A stretch of 49,939 nucleotides of DNA from positions 1 through 49,939 of the forward strand of contig DAOVVO010000001.1 in assembly GCA_030637135.1 (NCBI GenBank). The letters are read 5' to 3'. Within the stretch, counting starts at the first letter, position 1, and every line of letters begins with the position of its first letter. The position numbers and the translations under genes were made by a program. The notes under the pieces were generated by a model. That model made no database searches. It saw only the letters and a list, made by a program, of their open reading frames with translations, and was not told the origin of the DNA. Positions 29,174 to 41,558 of this stretch are shown here, in pieces. Origin of the DNA: Nitrospirota bacterium (GTDB lineage Bacteria; Nitrospirota; Thermodesulfovibrionia; UBA6902; BMS3Bbin08).

Positions 29174-29475
29174 AAATAAAATTATTCAGCCACTGACTTA
29201 CACAGATAAACACTGAAATAAATGAAGGGGTTTTATTGAAAGCATTGTAAATTGCTATTCCGAACGAAGTGAGGAATCTCGTTTTTAGAGATGGCTTTGC
29301 CTTCGGCTCGCAATGACAAACAGGGCTACTACTTACACCCTTTCGTAATTCGGGATAAATAAAATCTGTGAAACTCTGTGTGAATCTGTGGCAAATATAA
29401 GAAGAATATTTTAGTCAGTGTCCGCCCCTGCGGATTCGCCGAGGCGAAAAAGTTTGTGGCAAAAGGAATTATTAG

Positions 29476-29886
29476 ATGGAAAATAAACTGAAATTAGAGA
29501 TAGTTACGCCCTACGGACTTGCTTTCAGTGAGGAGGTTGATGAAGTAGTTGCCTCAGGGAGTGAGGGCGAATTCGGTGTGTTGCCGGACCATATCCCGTT
29601 TTTTACAACTCTCAAGGTAGGCATGTTAATTTACAAGAAAGGCGCTGAAACCGGGTATTTCTTTGTCAACTGGGGATATGCTGAAATCGGACCGGATAAG
29701 ATCTTAGTCCTTGCAGATAGCGCGGAAAAGGCTGAGGATATTGATGTTGAAAGGGCTATTGAAGCCAAGAAGCGTGCTGAGGAAAGGCTTAAAAAAGCTG
29801 AAAAATTTGACCAGGCACGTTCAATAGCATCACTGGAACGAGCAATTTCAAGATCACAAGTAGCAGCGAAAACGCAGGTAAAATAA
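29476..29886 (+). CDS. atpC: F-type ATP synthase subunit epsilon
   Basis: LEIVTPYG, GEFGVLPDH, C-terminal helical ERAIEAKKRAEERL. Confidence 0.92.
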   Translation: MENKLKLEIVTPYGLAFSEEVDEVVASGSEGEFGVLPDHIPFFTTLKVGMLIYKKGAETGYFFVNWGYAEIGPDKILVLADSAEKAEDIDVERAIEAKKRAEERLKKAEKFDQARSIASLERAISRSQVAAKTQVK

Positions 29887-29913
29887 TCTTCTCAATCCCC
29901 TCTATAATCCTTC

Positions 29914-30591
29914 ATGATTACACTCTTAATATTTGACCTTGACGGTACGCTCCTCGATACGAGCAAGGATATTACAAATGCAGTAAATTACGCTATGGAA
30001 CCCTTTGGAGTGCAACCGCTCTCTATTGAAACCATCAAGTCAATGGTTGGCTCTGGTATATCAAATCTCATTGGGGAACTGATATCCCCTTATGTCGTTT
30101 CTCAAGATAATATTTCTTTTTTAAAAGTAAAAGAAGAAGCTGTAAAAAGGTTCCTTGAACATTATTCAGTTCATCTCCTCGATAACACAATTCCATATCC
30201 TGGGGTAAAAGATACCCTGTCAAAATTCGTTCATTACAAAAAAGCTGTGCTTTCGAACAAGAGAAAAGTCTTTTCAGAAAAAATCCTCCATGAACGTGGA
30301 CTTTCGACCTTCTTTGATGTCATTCTCGGTAGTGACAGCATGTCTGAGAGAAAACCTTCCCCGGTCCCCATATTTGAAGTTTTAAAGAAATTTCATGCTT
30401 CAAAAAGTGAAGCTGTTATAATCGGGGACAGCAATTTTGATATTGAGGCTGGCAAGGCAGCTGGCATTAAGACCATAGCCGTTACGTATGGATACCGGGG
30501 GAGGGAGGTTTTAAAAGAAGCTGATTTCATAATTGATACATTTGGAGAACTGTTACATTTACTACAAGAGATTAATAAAAATACAGGATAA
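29914..30591 (+). CDS. HAD-superfamily phosphatase (phosphoglycolate phosphatase-like)
   Basis: FDLDGTLLDT motif I, VLSNK motif II, KPSP, GDSNFDIEAGKAAG motif III. Confidence 0.85.
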   Translation: MITLLIFDLDGTLLDTSKDITNAVNYAMEPFGVQPLSIETIKSMVGSGISNLIGELISPYVVSQDNISFLKVKEEAVKRFLEHYSVHLLDNTIPYPGVKDTLSKFVHYKKAVLSNKRKVFSEKILHERGLSTFFDVILGSDSMSERKPSPVPIFEVLKKFHASKSEAVIIGDSNFDIEAGKAAGIKTIAVTYGYRGREVLKEADFIIDTFGELLHLLQEINKNTG

Positions 30592-30713
30592 ATGTGAACC
30601 GATTCTGAATAACAAAATTCCTGATATCTATAGCAAAAAGCGATACTATAAATATATAATAGGCTCATATAATAAAGAAAGGTAAAGAGAGGATTTATGG
30701 GAGCTCAAGCATA

Positions 30714-31256
30714 ATGGATAGAGGTAAAAAGAAAATACGCACTAAATACTTCAGTCTTAAAGAACTGCGGATTTCTATTGCCCATATGGTTTTGTGGTCA
30801 CTTCTTGTTGTAGCTATTTTTACATATCTCGCCATGGAACTTGGCGACAAAATAGAACGCGGTCTTTTTTACTTTCTGATTGTTTTTTTTGGCTATGCAA
30901 TAATTGTGGTTATTTTACCAATGTTTTTTACCCATCGGTTTTTAGGTCCCTTTGAACGGTTAAAAACAGAGTTAAGGATCATACTATCAGGTGACTATCA
31001 CAGGCGATTGAGTGTAAGGAGCAAGGATGATTATTATATCAGGTCATTTCTCGTTGAAATTGACAAGGTATTAGATGAATTAGAAAAAATGTATCTTTTC
31101 AAGAAAGAGATTTGTGAAAAAATTGATTCAGAACTATCAGAGATAAAATCACTCCTCGAGAAGAAGGAAATTTCAGAGGAAGAACTGAGAGGAGCGGTTC
31201 TATCATTTCATAAAAAAGTTGCAGGTCTGTTGGAAGGGGATAGGACTCGACGATAG
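30714..31256 (+). CDS. Membrane protein with 2 TM helices and a HAMP-like linker, no recognisable output domain
   Basis: Two hydrophobic segments followed by THRFLGPFERLKTELRIILSGDY (HAMP-like). Confidence 0.6.
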   Translation: MDRGKKKIRTKYFSLKELRISIAHMVLWSLLVVAIFTYLAMELGDKIERGLFYFLIVFFGYAIIVVILPMFFTHRFLGPFERLKTELRIILSGDYHRRLSVRSKDDYYIRSFLVEIDKVLDELEKMYLFKKEICEKIDSELSEIKSLLEKKEISEEELRGAVLSFHKKVAGLLEGDRTRR

Positions 31257-31285
31257 GCCAGATCTTCGGAATGATTTGGTTATAT

Positions 31286-33796
31286 TTAATCTTTCTTTGG
31301 AGAACTCCCCCCGTTTCCGTGCTCCTCTTCGTTTTCCTCTTTTTCAACCACCCTGGCTATACTTCCTACTTTATCGTCATTAGCAAGGTTTATAAGTCGT
31401 ACCCCTTGGGTGCTTCTGCCGATAATGGATATATTCGATGCCTTTATCCGTATTAATTTACCACTGCTCGCAATAATTATTATTTCATCATCACCTGTTA
31501 CTTGGAGAACCCCGATAACCTTGCCATTTTTAGGCGTTATCTTTATCGTGTATACCCCTTTACCTCCTCTACTCTGAAGCCTGTATTCTTTCCCTTTTGT
31601 TCTCTTTCCAAAACCTTTTTCGGTTACGGTTAAGAGTGTGGATTCCTCATCAAGGACATCTACTGAAACAACCTCGTCATCCTTCCGGAGTTTTATTCCC
31701 CTTACGCCATGTGCAACTCTCCCCATTTCCCTTACACCTTTTTCATTAAACCTTATTGAAAGTCCCTGTTGTGTGCTCAGATTGATATCTTTTTTACCGT
31801 TCGTTATCCTTACCCCGACAAGTTCATCGCCATAGTCGATTTTGATAGCAGCTATCCCTTTACTTCTGGGATTGCTGTAGGCTTTAAGAGAGGTTTTTTT
31901 GACCACCCCTTTTTTAGTCGCCATAAACAGGTAAAGGTCTTCTTTAAATTCTTTAATTGGGAAAACAGCGGTTATTTTTTCTCCTTGTGAAAAGTGGAGA
32001 AGATTAATGATTGCTTTGCCCTTCGCTGCTCTGCCAGTTTCAGGAATTTGATACACCTTAAGCCAGTAAAGACGTCCAAGATTTGTAAAGAAAAGCACAT
32101 GGTCATGAGTTGAAGCAAGAAACAGATCCTCTACAAAATCCTCTTCTCTTGTCTCCATACCGAGAAGCCCTTTTCCGCCTCTCCGTTGGCTTCTGTAAAG
32201 GGTTAGAGAATTTCTCTTGATATAGCCCTGGTGAGAAATGGTTATTACCATATCCTCCTCTGATATCAGATCCTCAATTGTTAGTTCTTTTGATTCACCA
32301 GTTATTTCTGTACGTCTTTTGTCAGCATATTTTTTCTTTATGTCCAGCAGGTCATCCTTTATGATATTATCCACAAGTGCAGGGGTTGCAAGAATTGTCC
32401 TGAGTCGTTCGATCTCCTTTATAGTGTCCTCGTAGTCCCTAACTATTTTTTCCCTTTCTAAACCGGTAAGCCTCTGGAGTTTCATATCAAGAATTGCCTG
32501 TGCCTGAATCTTTGTCAGAGGGAAATTCTTCATTAAGGCTCCCAGAGCTTCTTCAGGAGCTTTTGATTTACGTATTAAGGTAATGATCTTGTCAAGGTTA
32601 TCAAGAGCAATTTTTAGACCTTCAAGGATATGGGCCTTTTCTTCAGCTTTTCTGAGCTCAAACTGTGTTCTTCTAACAACAACATCACGCCTGTGCTGTA
32701 AAAAAAGAGAAAGCAGCTCAACAAGATTTAGAACCCGTGGCTGACCGTTGACAATTGCGAGCATGATAATGCCAAAAGTAGTCTCCAGAGCAGTATGTTT
32801 GTAGAGCTGGTTGAGGATTATATCTGGAATTTCACCTCGTTTGACTTCCAGGACAACCCTTATTCCTTCTCTGTCAGATTCATCTCTCAGGTCAGAGAGA
32901 CCTTCTACTTTTTTAGCTCGCACAAGCTCTGCAATCTTTTCAATAAGTCGCGCCTTATTTACCTGATACGGTAATTCTGTGATTATTATGCTCTGCCCTG
33001 TACCAGACGGTACAGGGCAGCGCCCTGCACCGTCTGGTACAGGGTGCTGAGCTTTTGCATGTTCTTCAAATGTTACCTTCGCCCTAATCTTTATAAGACC
33101 CCTGCCGCTGTTATAAGCATCAATGATTCCTTTTCTCCCATGAATGGTGCTTCCCGTGGGGAAATCAGGTCCTTTAATCTTTTTCATTAAGTCCTTAACA
33201 TGTGTTTCCGGCTTTTCTAACATCATCACAAGCCCATCAACGATTTCTCCGAGATTATGAGGAGGGATATTTGTTGCCATTCCTACTGCTATGCCGGTTG
33301 AACCGTTAATAATGAGATTAGGAATTTTTGCAGGGAGGACAACAGGTTCTTCTGTGGTTTCATCAAAATTTGGTACAAAATCAACAGTTTCTTTGTCAAT
33401 GTCTGTGAGTATTTCCTCTGCGAGTTTTGTAAGTCGAGCTTCTGTGTAACGGTATGCTGCAGCAGGGTCTCCATCAACAGAACCGAAATTGCCCTGACCG
33501 TCAACGAGAACATAGCGCATGTTAAAGTCCTGGGCAAGCCTTACGAGAGCTTCATATACTGCGGAATCTCCATGTGGGTGGTACTTCTTGAGTACTTCAC
33601 CTACAACCCCTGCACATTTAGAAAACTTTTTACCGGGCACTAACCCTTCTCTCAGCATTGCATATAATATCCTGCGTTGAACCGGTTTGAGGCCGTCTCT
33701 TACATCAGGTAATGCCCTCCCCACGATTACACTCATTGCATAATCGAGGTATGATGTTTTCATTTCTTCTTCAATATTTACAGCCAATCGTGCCAT
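31286..33796 (-). CDS. gyrA: DNA gyrase subunit A
   Basis: [25 protein letters not shown] (catalytic Tyr), ELPYQVNK, C-terminal beta-pinwheel repeats. Confidence 0.97.
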   Translation of the reverse strand: MARLAVNIEEEMKTSYLDYAMSVIVGRALPDVRDGLKPVQRRILYAMLREGLVPGKKFSKCAGVVGEVLKKYHPHGDSAVYEALVRLAQDFNMRYVLVDGQGNFGSVDGDPAAAYRYTEARLTKLAEEILTDIDKETVDFVPNFDETTEEPVVLPAKIPNLIINGSTGIAVGMATNIPPHNLGEIVDGLVMMLEKPETHVKDLMKKIKGPDFPTGSTIHGRKGIIDAYNSGRGLIKIRAKVTFEEHAKAQHPVPDGAGRCPVPSGTGQSIIITELPYQVNKARLIEKIAELVRAKKVEGLSDLRDESDREGIRVVLEVKRGEIPDIILNQLYKHTALETTFGIIMLAIVNGQPRVLNLVELLSLFLQHRRDVVVRRTQFELRKAEEKAHILEGLKIALDNLDKIITLIRKSKAPEEALGALMKNFPLTKIQAQAILDMKLQRLTGLEREKIVRDYEDTIKEIERLRTILATPALVDNIIKDDLLDIKKKYADKRRTEITGESKELTIEDLISEEDMVITISHQGYIKRNSLTLYRSQRRGGKGLLGMETREEDFVEDLFLASTHDHVLFFTNLGRLYWLKVYQIPETGRAAKGKAIINLLHFSQGEKITAVFPIKEFKEDLYLFMATKKGVVKKTSLKAYSNPRSKGIAAIKIDYGDELVGVRITNGKKDINLSTQQGLSIRFNEKGVREMGRVAHGVRGIKLRKDDEVVSVDVLDEESTLLTVTEKGFGKRTKGKEYRLQSRGGKGVYTIKITPKNGKVIGVLQVTGDDEIIIIASSGKLIRIKASNISIIGRSTQGVRLINLANDDKVGSIARVVEKEENEEEHGNGGSSPKKD

Positions 33797-33871
33797 TCAA
33801 TCTCCTTACTATGAATGAAAAGTGAGACAAAAAAAGATCTCGAGACTTTTTATCTTCTCAGTTCCCGGTTT

Positions 33872-36271
<2,400 letters not shown>

Positions 36272-36393
36272 CTACCTTTTTTTAAAAATGAGAAATAGAA
36301 ACTGTTGTGAAATAATGAATAAACATTTGAGAGGCAGAAAGTACATAACTTTTAATTTTCTATTTCTCTCCCCTTTCATATTTTTTTATTTTG

Positions 36394-37500
36394 TCAGATC
36401 CTCATAGGCATAATAACGCATAGATAACCTTCTTCTCCTCCTTCCCGAATGAGCGTAGGGCTCAGGGAGTCCTGAAATTCAAGCTGTACGGTTTCTCCTT
36501 CCATTGCCTGGATTGCATCCAAAAGGTAGCGGGCATTAAAACCTATCGAGATAGAATCTCCTTTATATTGAACTGCTATTTCTTCCCTTGCTTCACCGAT
36601 GTCCGGGTTAATGGAGATGAGTGTTGATGTGCCCTGCTCCAGGTCAAATCTTAGAGAGTTCGTTTTTTCCCTGCTCATTATGGAGGTTCTTCTCAGCGCC
36701 CTGGAAAAAGTGTCCCTCTCAAGGATTGCTTTTTTCTCATTGTCTTGAGGAATTACCTGTTCATAATTAGGATACGTTCCCTCTATAAGTCTTGAGGTCA
36801 GGATGATGTCGCCTACAATAAAAAAGATATGGTTTTTATTAAGCCCTATAGATAAATCACCTTCACGTTCTTCAAGTAACCTCTTTAATTCTACTGCTGC
36901 TTTTTTCGGTAATATTAATTTTTTTTCTTCGGATAATTTGCCATGTATGTCTTTTGTAATGAGTGCAAGTCTGTGTCCATCCGTACCAACAACTTTCAGC
37001 TCAATGGTTTTTTTCTTTGGACTGAAATGCAAGAGAAGACCGTTGAGAGTATATCTTGTATCACTATCACCTGTTGCATAAACAGTTTTCTCAATCATAT
37101 TTTTTAATGTTTCTGAACTTATGTTAAGTTCTTCTGTACGATTTACCTTTGGGAGTGTAGGGTATTCTTCTTCGGGGAGTCCCATTAACTTGAATGTGCT
37201 TTTTCCTGACGTGATTTTCAGCCAGTTGTTTTCCTGTGTCTCTAAGAGAATATCGTCTTCAACCTCTCTTGCTATCTCAAGGAGTTTCCTTGCCGGGATG
37301 CAAAGACTCCCTTTTTCACGGATTTCTGCTTTAAGGGGACCTATAAAAGCAATATCGAGATCAGTTGCTATAATAGATACCGACTTGTCAACTTTCAGCA
37401 AAAAATGACTGAGAATTGGCATTGTGGTTTTCTTTTCAACGATACCCTGAATGTTCTGTAATGTTTTTTGTATTTCTTCTCTATCTATCTTCAGTTTCAT
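36394..37500 (-). CDS. dnaN: DNA polymerase III beta sliding clamp
   Basis: MKLKIDREE..., ATDGHRLA-type VGTDGHRLAL, C-terminal IMPMRI. Confidence 0.95.
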   Translation of the reverse strand: MKLKIDREEIQKTLQNIQGIVEKKTTMPILSHFLLKVDKSVSIIATDLDIAFIGPLKAEIREKGSLCIPARKLLEIAREVEDDILLETQENNWLKITSGKSTFKLMGLPEEEYPTLPKVNRTEELNISSETLKNMIEKTVYATGDSDTRYTLNGLLLHFSPKKKTIELKVVGTDGHRLALITKDIHGKLSEEKKLILPKKAAVELKRLLEEREGDLSIGLNKNHIFFIVGDIILTSRLIEGTYPNYEQVIPQDNEKKAILERDTFSRALRRTSIMSREKTNSLRFDLEQGTSTLISINPDIGEAREEIAVQYKGDSISIGFNARYLLDAIQAMEGETVQLEFQDSLSPTLIREGGEEGYLCVIMPMRI

Positions 37501-37548
37501 AACATCCCCCTCATAACCGATTAACTTTTAACAATGCTTATAAATGCT

Positions 37549-38889
37549 TTACGCAAAACTTTTAATTTTTTTTAGCAGGTATTCAATCTTTTTGTTAAAA
37601 TCCTCGTCCTTCTTTCTCCGTTCCTCAACCTGCTTACAGGCATGTATAACTGTAGAGTGGTCTTTACCTCCAAAATTTTTACCGATATCAGAGAGCGATA
37701 ATTCTGTGAGAACCTTACTTAAATACATCGCAATCTGCCTTGGAAAGGCAATGTCCCTTGTTCTTTTCTTAGCCTTTATATCCTGCGGTTTGATTCTGAA
37801 ATACTCACAAACAGTTTTTTGAATAGACTCTATACCGAGGGGTCTTTCCTCATCGTGGATTAAATCTTTCAGAACATCTTTTGCCATTTAAACAGTAATG
37901 GTTCTCCCTGAAAGAGAGGAATATGCCCCGAGCCTTATCATGCATGCCTCAAGGTCTCTGATGTTTGTTTTTATCTTGCTCGCCAGGAAAAATGACACGT
38001 CAGAGGGAATATGTATGCCTTCAATTTCACATTTTTTCTCTAATATCGCCACTTTTGTTTCGATTTCTGGAATCTGAATATCAGCTATAAGTCCCATCCC
38101 GAATCGTGAACGAAGCCTCTCGGTAATAGGTGAAATATCCTTAGGCGGCCTGTCACTTGAGAACACAATCTGTTTATGTGAATTGTAAAGTGCATTAAAC
38201 GTATGGAATAACTCCTCTTGAGTGCCGCTTTTCCCTGCAATAAACTGAATATCGTCAATAAGAAGGATATCAAGGTTTCTGTACCTCTCTTTAAATTCCT
38301 CCATTTTATTGTTTCTCATTGAAAAAACGAATTCATTCGTGAACTGTTCAGCCGGCATATAGAGCAAGTTGGTATCACGTAATTTATCTATTATGAAGTT
38401 GCCGCATGCTTGCATAAGATGCGTTTTACCGAGGCCTACTCCGCCGTAAATAAAAAGAGGGTTATACGCTTTACCTGGAGATTCTGCAACTGCTATTGCC
38501 GCAGCGCGTGCAAACTGATTACTGGGACCTGTAACAAAGTTTTCAAACGTGTACTTTGGATTGAGGAAAATACCACGGCTCGCCAGTTTTACCCGTCTCT
38601 GTTCCCTATGTGTCTCTATCCTCCTGTGAGTAGAACTTTCTTTCTTTTCGAGGATTTTGAACTTGAGGTTTAACGGGTTCTTATAAAATTTTTCAAGGGT
38701 CTCAGTAATTAAACCGGGGTAGTGGTCCTCTAACCATTCCTTAAAAAACCTGTTTGGGACCTCAATAACGAGCTGTTGGTCCTGAATATTTAATAGTTTA
38801 AGGGGCTTAAACCAGAGTTCAGACGTCTGAGCTCCGACCTTTTCTTCTATAGCTTCAAGGGTTTTCCCTCATGCATCTTCTATCTTCAT
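37549..38889 (-). pseudogene. dnaA: dnaA interrupted by two in-frame stop codons (TGA 38869-38871, TAA 37888-37890), otherwise intact
   Basis: All three segments share one frame. Hand translation gives MKIEDA*GKTLEAIEEKV...ELWFKPL...VIEVPNRFFKEWLEDHY...GGVGLGKTHLMQA...LLIDDIQF...SSLSGRTITV*MAKDVLKDL...GKDHSTVIHA. Total 446 codons, a typical DnaA length. Confidence 0.9.
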
Positions 38890-39036
38890 TATTCTCTTGT
38901 TGTGAAAAAAGCTTGTGTGTTTCCTAACGGCAAGATAATAAAAGTTATAAACACCTGTTAATAAATTGTTGATAAATACCCTACGGGGTAATAGATGAGC
39001 CGTAGTATAGGGCATATAGAGTCGGCTCTATTATAC

Positions 39037-39393
39037 TTACATTACGAATTCTAAGCAAGCTTTTTTTGCCTCTAAAATAGTATGAAAGCACAGTTTCTTA
39101 CGAGGCTTTTTTATGGGTTGTTTTGTTGAATTCCTGCCCAGTTTGTGCTGATGGTTTTTATAGGGATAGTACTCCAAAACTGTCAGCCAGGTTTTGTGCA
39201 ACAGTGAAGTTCGTTTGAATCTATATGCCCGGGATGGCGTAAAAATTCTCTCTCCTCCTTCTTTTAAAGATTCTTCTAAACCGTCATTACGTGTTTCATT
39301 ACCATGTGCCGTAGCACCTGTATTGGAGTAGTCTCCTTCTAAATCCACGAAACCGTCGCCCTCAAAGTTGTGCTTTCTATTCAGTGTGATCAA
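39037..39393 (-). CDS. Hypothetical ORF (118 aa, TTG start); coding status doubtful
   Basis: This is the only ORF in the dnaA-fdhD gap. No motif recognised, composition is biased, and it uses a TTG start. Confidence 0.25.
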   Translation of the reverse strand: MITLNRKHNFEGDGFVDLEGDYSNTGATAHGNETRNDGLEESLKEGGERIFTPSRAYRFKRTSLLHKTWLTVLEYYPYKNHQHKLGRNSTKQPIKKPRKKLCFHTILEAKKACLEFVM

Positions 39394-39609
39394 CTCAGTA
39401 ATGTCCTTATAAAAGGTTCAAGAACGATATCGTTTATCCCATAGCCTTATATATATTATACCTTGATACAGATTACAAGAGAGAGGTCCCGCTCTGCAGT
39501 GTTTTAGTCAGTAAGTTATCTTACGGAGGCTTTATGGAGGGTTAAAATGATGTGGCACCACCAGTTATTATACAAAGAAATCTTGTCAGGAAAATCAAGA
39601 CGTGTATCC

Positions 39610-40392
39610 TTATTTTATAAGTCTCTGAGGATTGCTGTACACATTTAATTTTTGCCCCCTAAGAAAACCAATCAATGTGAGGTTGTATTTCTTTGCGGTC
39701 TCCACAGCTATATCAGTGGGAGCGGCACGGCTGATAAGCAGCGGTACTTTGGCTCTTACTGCCTTATTTATTATTTCCGAAGAAAGCCTTCCGCTTAAGA
39801 GAAGGATTTTATTCTGCATGGGAATATTCTCAAGAAATGCATAGCCGATAATCTTATCCACGGCGTTATGCCTTCCGATGTCTTCTGCAAAAACGAGTAT
39901 TTCTTGTTCATCACAAAGGGCTGCGCTGTGAACACCTCCTGTTGACCGGAAAAGCTCTGACTTTTTCTGAAACTCCCTATAGAGATCGATGATTGTGTGA
40001 GTGCTGGTTTTAAAATCATCCTGAATTGCGCTCATTTCTTCATTGAGCATGAACGTCACGCCCTTGCCGCACCCTGATGTCAGGGTTGCAGTAGCCTCTG
40101 GCATATCTATAGGCAGATGAACTTCTATGTCTTCATCTTGCCAGAGAATTTCTATTCTTTCAGAACACCATTCCTGCTGCTGTTCCCCCTTGTTGTTGTG
40201 TTTGAGAAGCCCTTCTGAAAAACCAAAACCGATTACCAGTTCCTTGACCATTGTAGGAGTGCACAGGAGACTCAGGATTTCCTTGTTGTTTGAAAATATC
40301 TTGAGTCTTTTTTCTGAGGCGATATGGTCTTCTCTTTCAGATGATGTACCATCGCGGTACTGAATAATTTTTGTCTTTGTAGTTGAACGCAT
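39610..40392 (-). CDS. fdhD: Formate dehydrogenase accessory sulfurtransferase FdhD
   Basis: GGVHSAAL, DIGRHNAVDK, SGRLSSE, SRAAPT motifs. Confidence 0.9.
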   Translation of the reverse strand: MRSTTKTKIIQYRDGTSSEREDHIASEKRLKIFSNNKEILSLLCTPTMVKELVIGFGFSEGLLKHNNKGEQQQEWCSERIEILWQDEDIEVHLPIDMPEATATLTSGCGKGVTFMLNEEMSAIQDDFKTSTHTIIDLYREFQKKSELFRSTGGVHSAALCDEQEILVFAEDIGRHNAVDKIIGYAFLENIPMQNKILLLSGRLSSEIINKAVRAKVPLLISRAAPTDIAVETAKKYNLTLIGFLRGQKLNVYSNPQRLIK

Positions 40393-40639
40393 TTTTTAAA
40401 AAGCATAGAGGGATGCTTGTGGTCATCCCGAAACGTAAGGATTAGTTATAAAATTATTTTTTTAATGCCACCCTTTACTCGAACACGTGAATCATAAAGC
40501 ACGTCGGAGTTTATCCGGGTCGAGCACAATCGATACGTCGATAATACCCGTACAGAAACTTCATTCCGGGAGTCGCTCCAACCTCGAAGCCTTTTCACGT
40601 GCTATTCCCTATTATATTCTATTGCAACTCAAAAACTCG

Positions 40640-40700
40640 ATACGTCGTTGCGTCGATGCGTCGATGCGACTCGTACCGAGACTCGTACCAAGACTCGATT
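40640..40700 (+). repeat. Low-complexity repeat built from TCGATGCG units and tandem ACTCGTACCRAG 12-mers
   Basis: CTCGATACGTCGTTGCG...GCGACTCGTACCGAGACTCGTACCAAGACTCGATTC. The same module occurs at 15708-15750. Confidence 0.8.
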
Positions 40701-40857
40701 CTGAAGAGACGTTAAAGCTTTTTCGAAGAGATTATTCACTGCTCTTTATCTATATATTTTAAATTAAAGTTAGAAGAAAAATCTTCACAAGACAAGAGGA
40801 AACATCAAAAAGATTCTTTTATTCAATGAGTTAAACGAAACTTTCTTATTCGAATAC

Positions 40858-40886
40858 TTGACAAAAGAACCAGAAGTCATTATGAT
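40858..40886 (+). promoter_or_regulatory. Near-consensus sigma70-type promoter (TTGACA-17 nt-TATGAT) ending 9 nt before the ATG at 40896
   Basis: TTGACA at 40858-40863 and TATGAT at 40881-40886, counted from the sequence. No Shine-Dalgarno site fits between this promoter and the start codon. Confidence 0.5.
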
Positions 40887-40895
40887 GTTCATAAC

Positions 40896-41486
40896 ATGAA
40901 CAACCTTGAACCAGACAAGCACGATAACATTACCTTAAGGATTCTTGATGAGATAAGCAGAGAATCCCTGATTACGCAGCGGACACTTTCCAGCAGCCTT
41001 GATATTGCCCTTGGCCTGGTAAATACCTATATCAAGCGCTTAGCAAAAAAAGGCCACATAAAAATTACCACCATACCGAAAAACAGGGTCAAATATATAC
41101 TTACCCCAAAAGGCTTTGCAGAAAAAGTGAGGCTCACATATGAATATATGCATTTCTCAATGAGTTATTTCAAGGATGTAAGAAAAAGAATCGATGCCCT
41201 TTACAGACAGATAATTGCCTCGGGAGCCAGGGACATCCTTATATGGGGTGATGGAGAAATTGCTGAACTTTCTTATATTTCTATGCGCGGTCTTCCGCTA
41301 AACCTCATTGGTGTCATTGACAGTAGAAGGTCAGAGAAGGGATTTTTTGGCCATAATGTATATTCATATAAGGACTTGCCCTATTTGCATTACGATGCCA
41401 TTTTGTTATCTTCTTTCGATAGCAGTGAGGAAAAGCAAAGAGTAAGAGACCTTGGTGTCGAGATTGAAAAAGTTTATTCACTCTGA
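40896..41486 (+). CDS. Winged-helix (MarR-like) regulator with a C-terminal Rossmann-like domain
   Basis: N-terminal ITQRTLSSSLDIALGLVNTYIKRLAKKGHI wHTH pattern. The C-terminus DILIWGDGEIA...GVID resembles a nucleotide-binding fold. Confidence 0.65.
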   Translation: MNNLEPDKHDNITLRILDEISRESLITQRTLSSSLDIALGLVNTYIKRLAKKGHIKITTIPKNRVKYILTPKGFAEKVRLTYEYMHFSMSYFKDVRKRIDALYRQIIASGARDILIWGDGEIAELSYISMRGLPLNLIGVIDSRRSEKGFFGHNVYSYKDLPYLHYDAILLSSFDSSEEKQRVRDLGVEIEKVYSL

Positions 41487-41558
41487 TGGTAGAAAGTAGA
41501 GACAAGAGAGTAGCGAGAAGAGGGAAAAATATATGCAATTATTATTTAAGGAGAATTA

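Noticed and set aside
38869-38871. Genome-wide TGA=Trp (code 4) or TGA=Gly (code 25) reassignment as the explanation for the TGA in dnaA.
   Set aside because: TGA ends many well-bounded conserved genes here at their expected lengths (the SpoIID-like gene at 7071, lepB, ribH at 19044, the MarR-like gene, and permease 1 at 44106). No other conserved gene needs TGA read-through. The second dnaA stop is TAA, which reassignment would not explain.
39037-39393. The 118-aa ORF between dnaA and fdhD as a mobile-element or rpmH-like gene.
   Set aside because: There is no similarity to L34 or to transposase or integrase motifs that I can recognise. It is kept only as a low-confidence hypothetical CDS.
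40487-40762. ORFs 40487-40762 (+), 19688-19948 (-), 19043-19237 (+) and 44722-44985 (+) in intergenic regions.
   Set aside because: They read straight through the dispersed repeat modules or the duplicated permease fragment. Their translations are repeat-derived, so they are unlikely to be genes.
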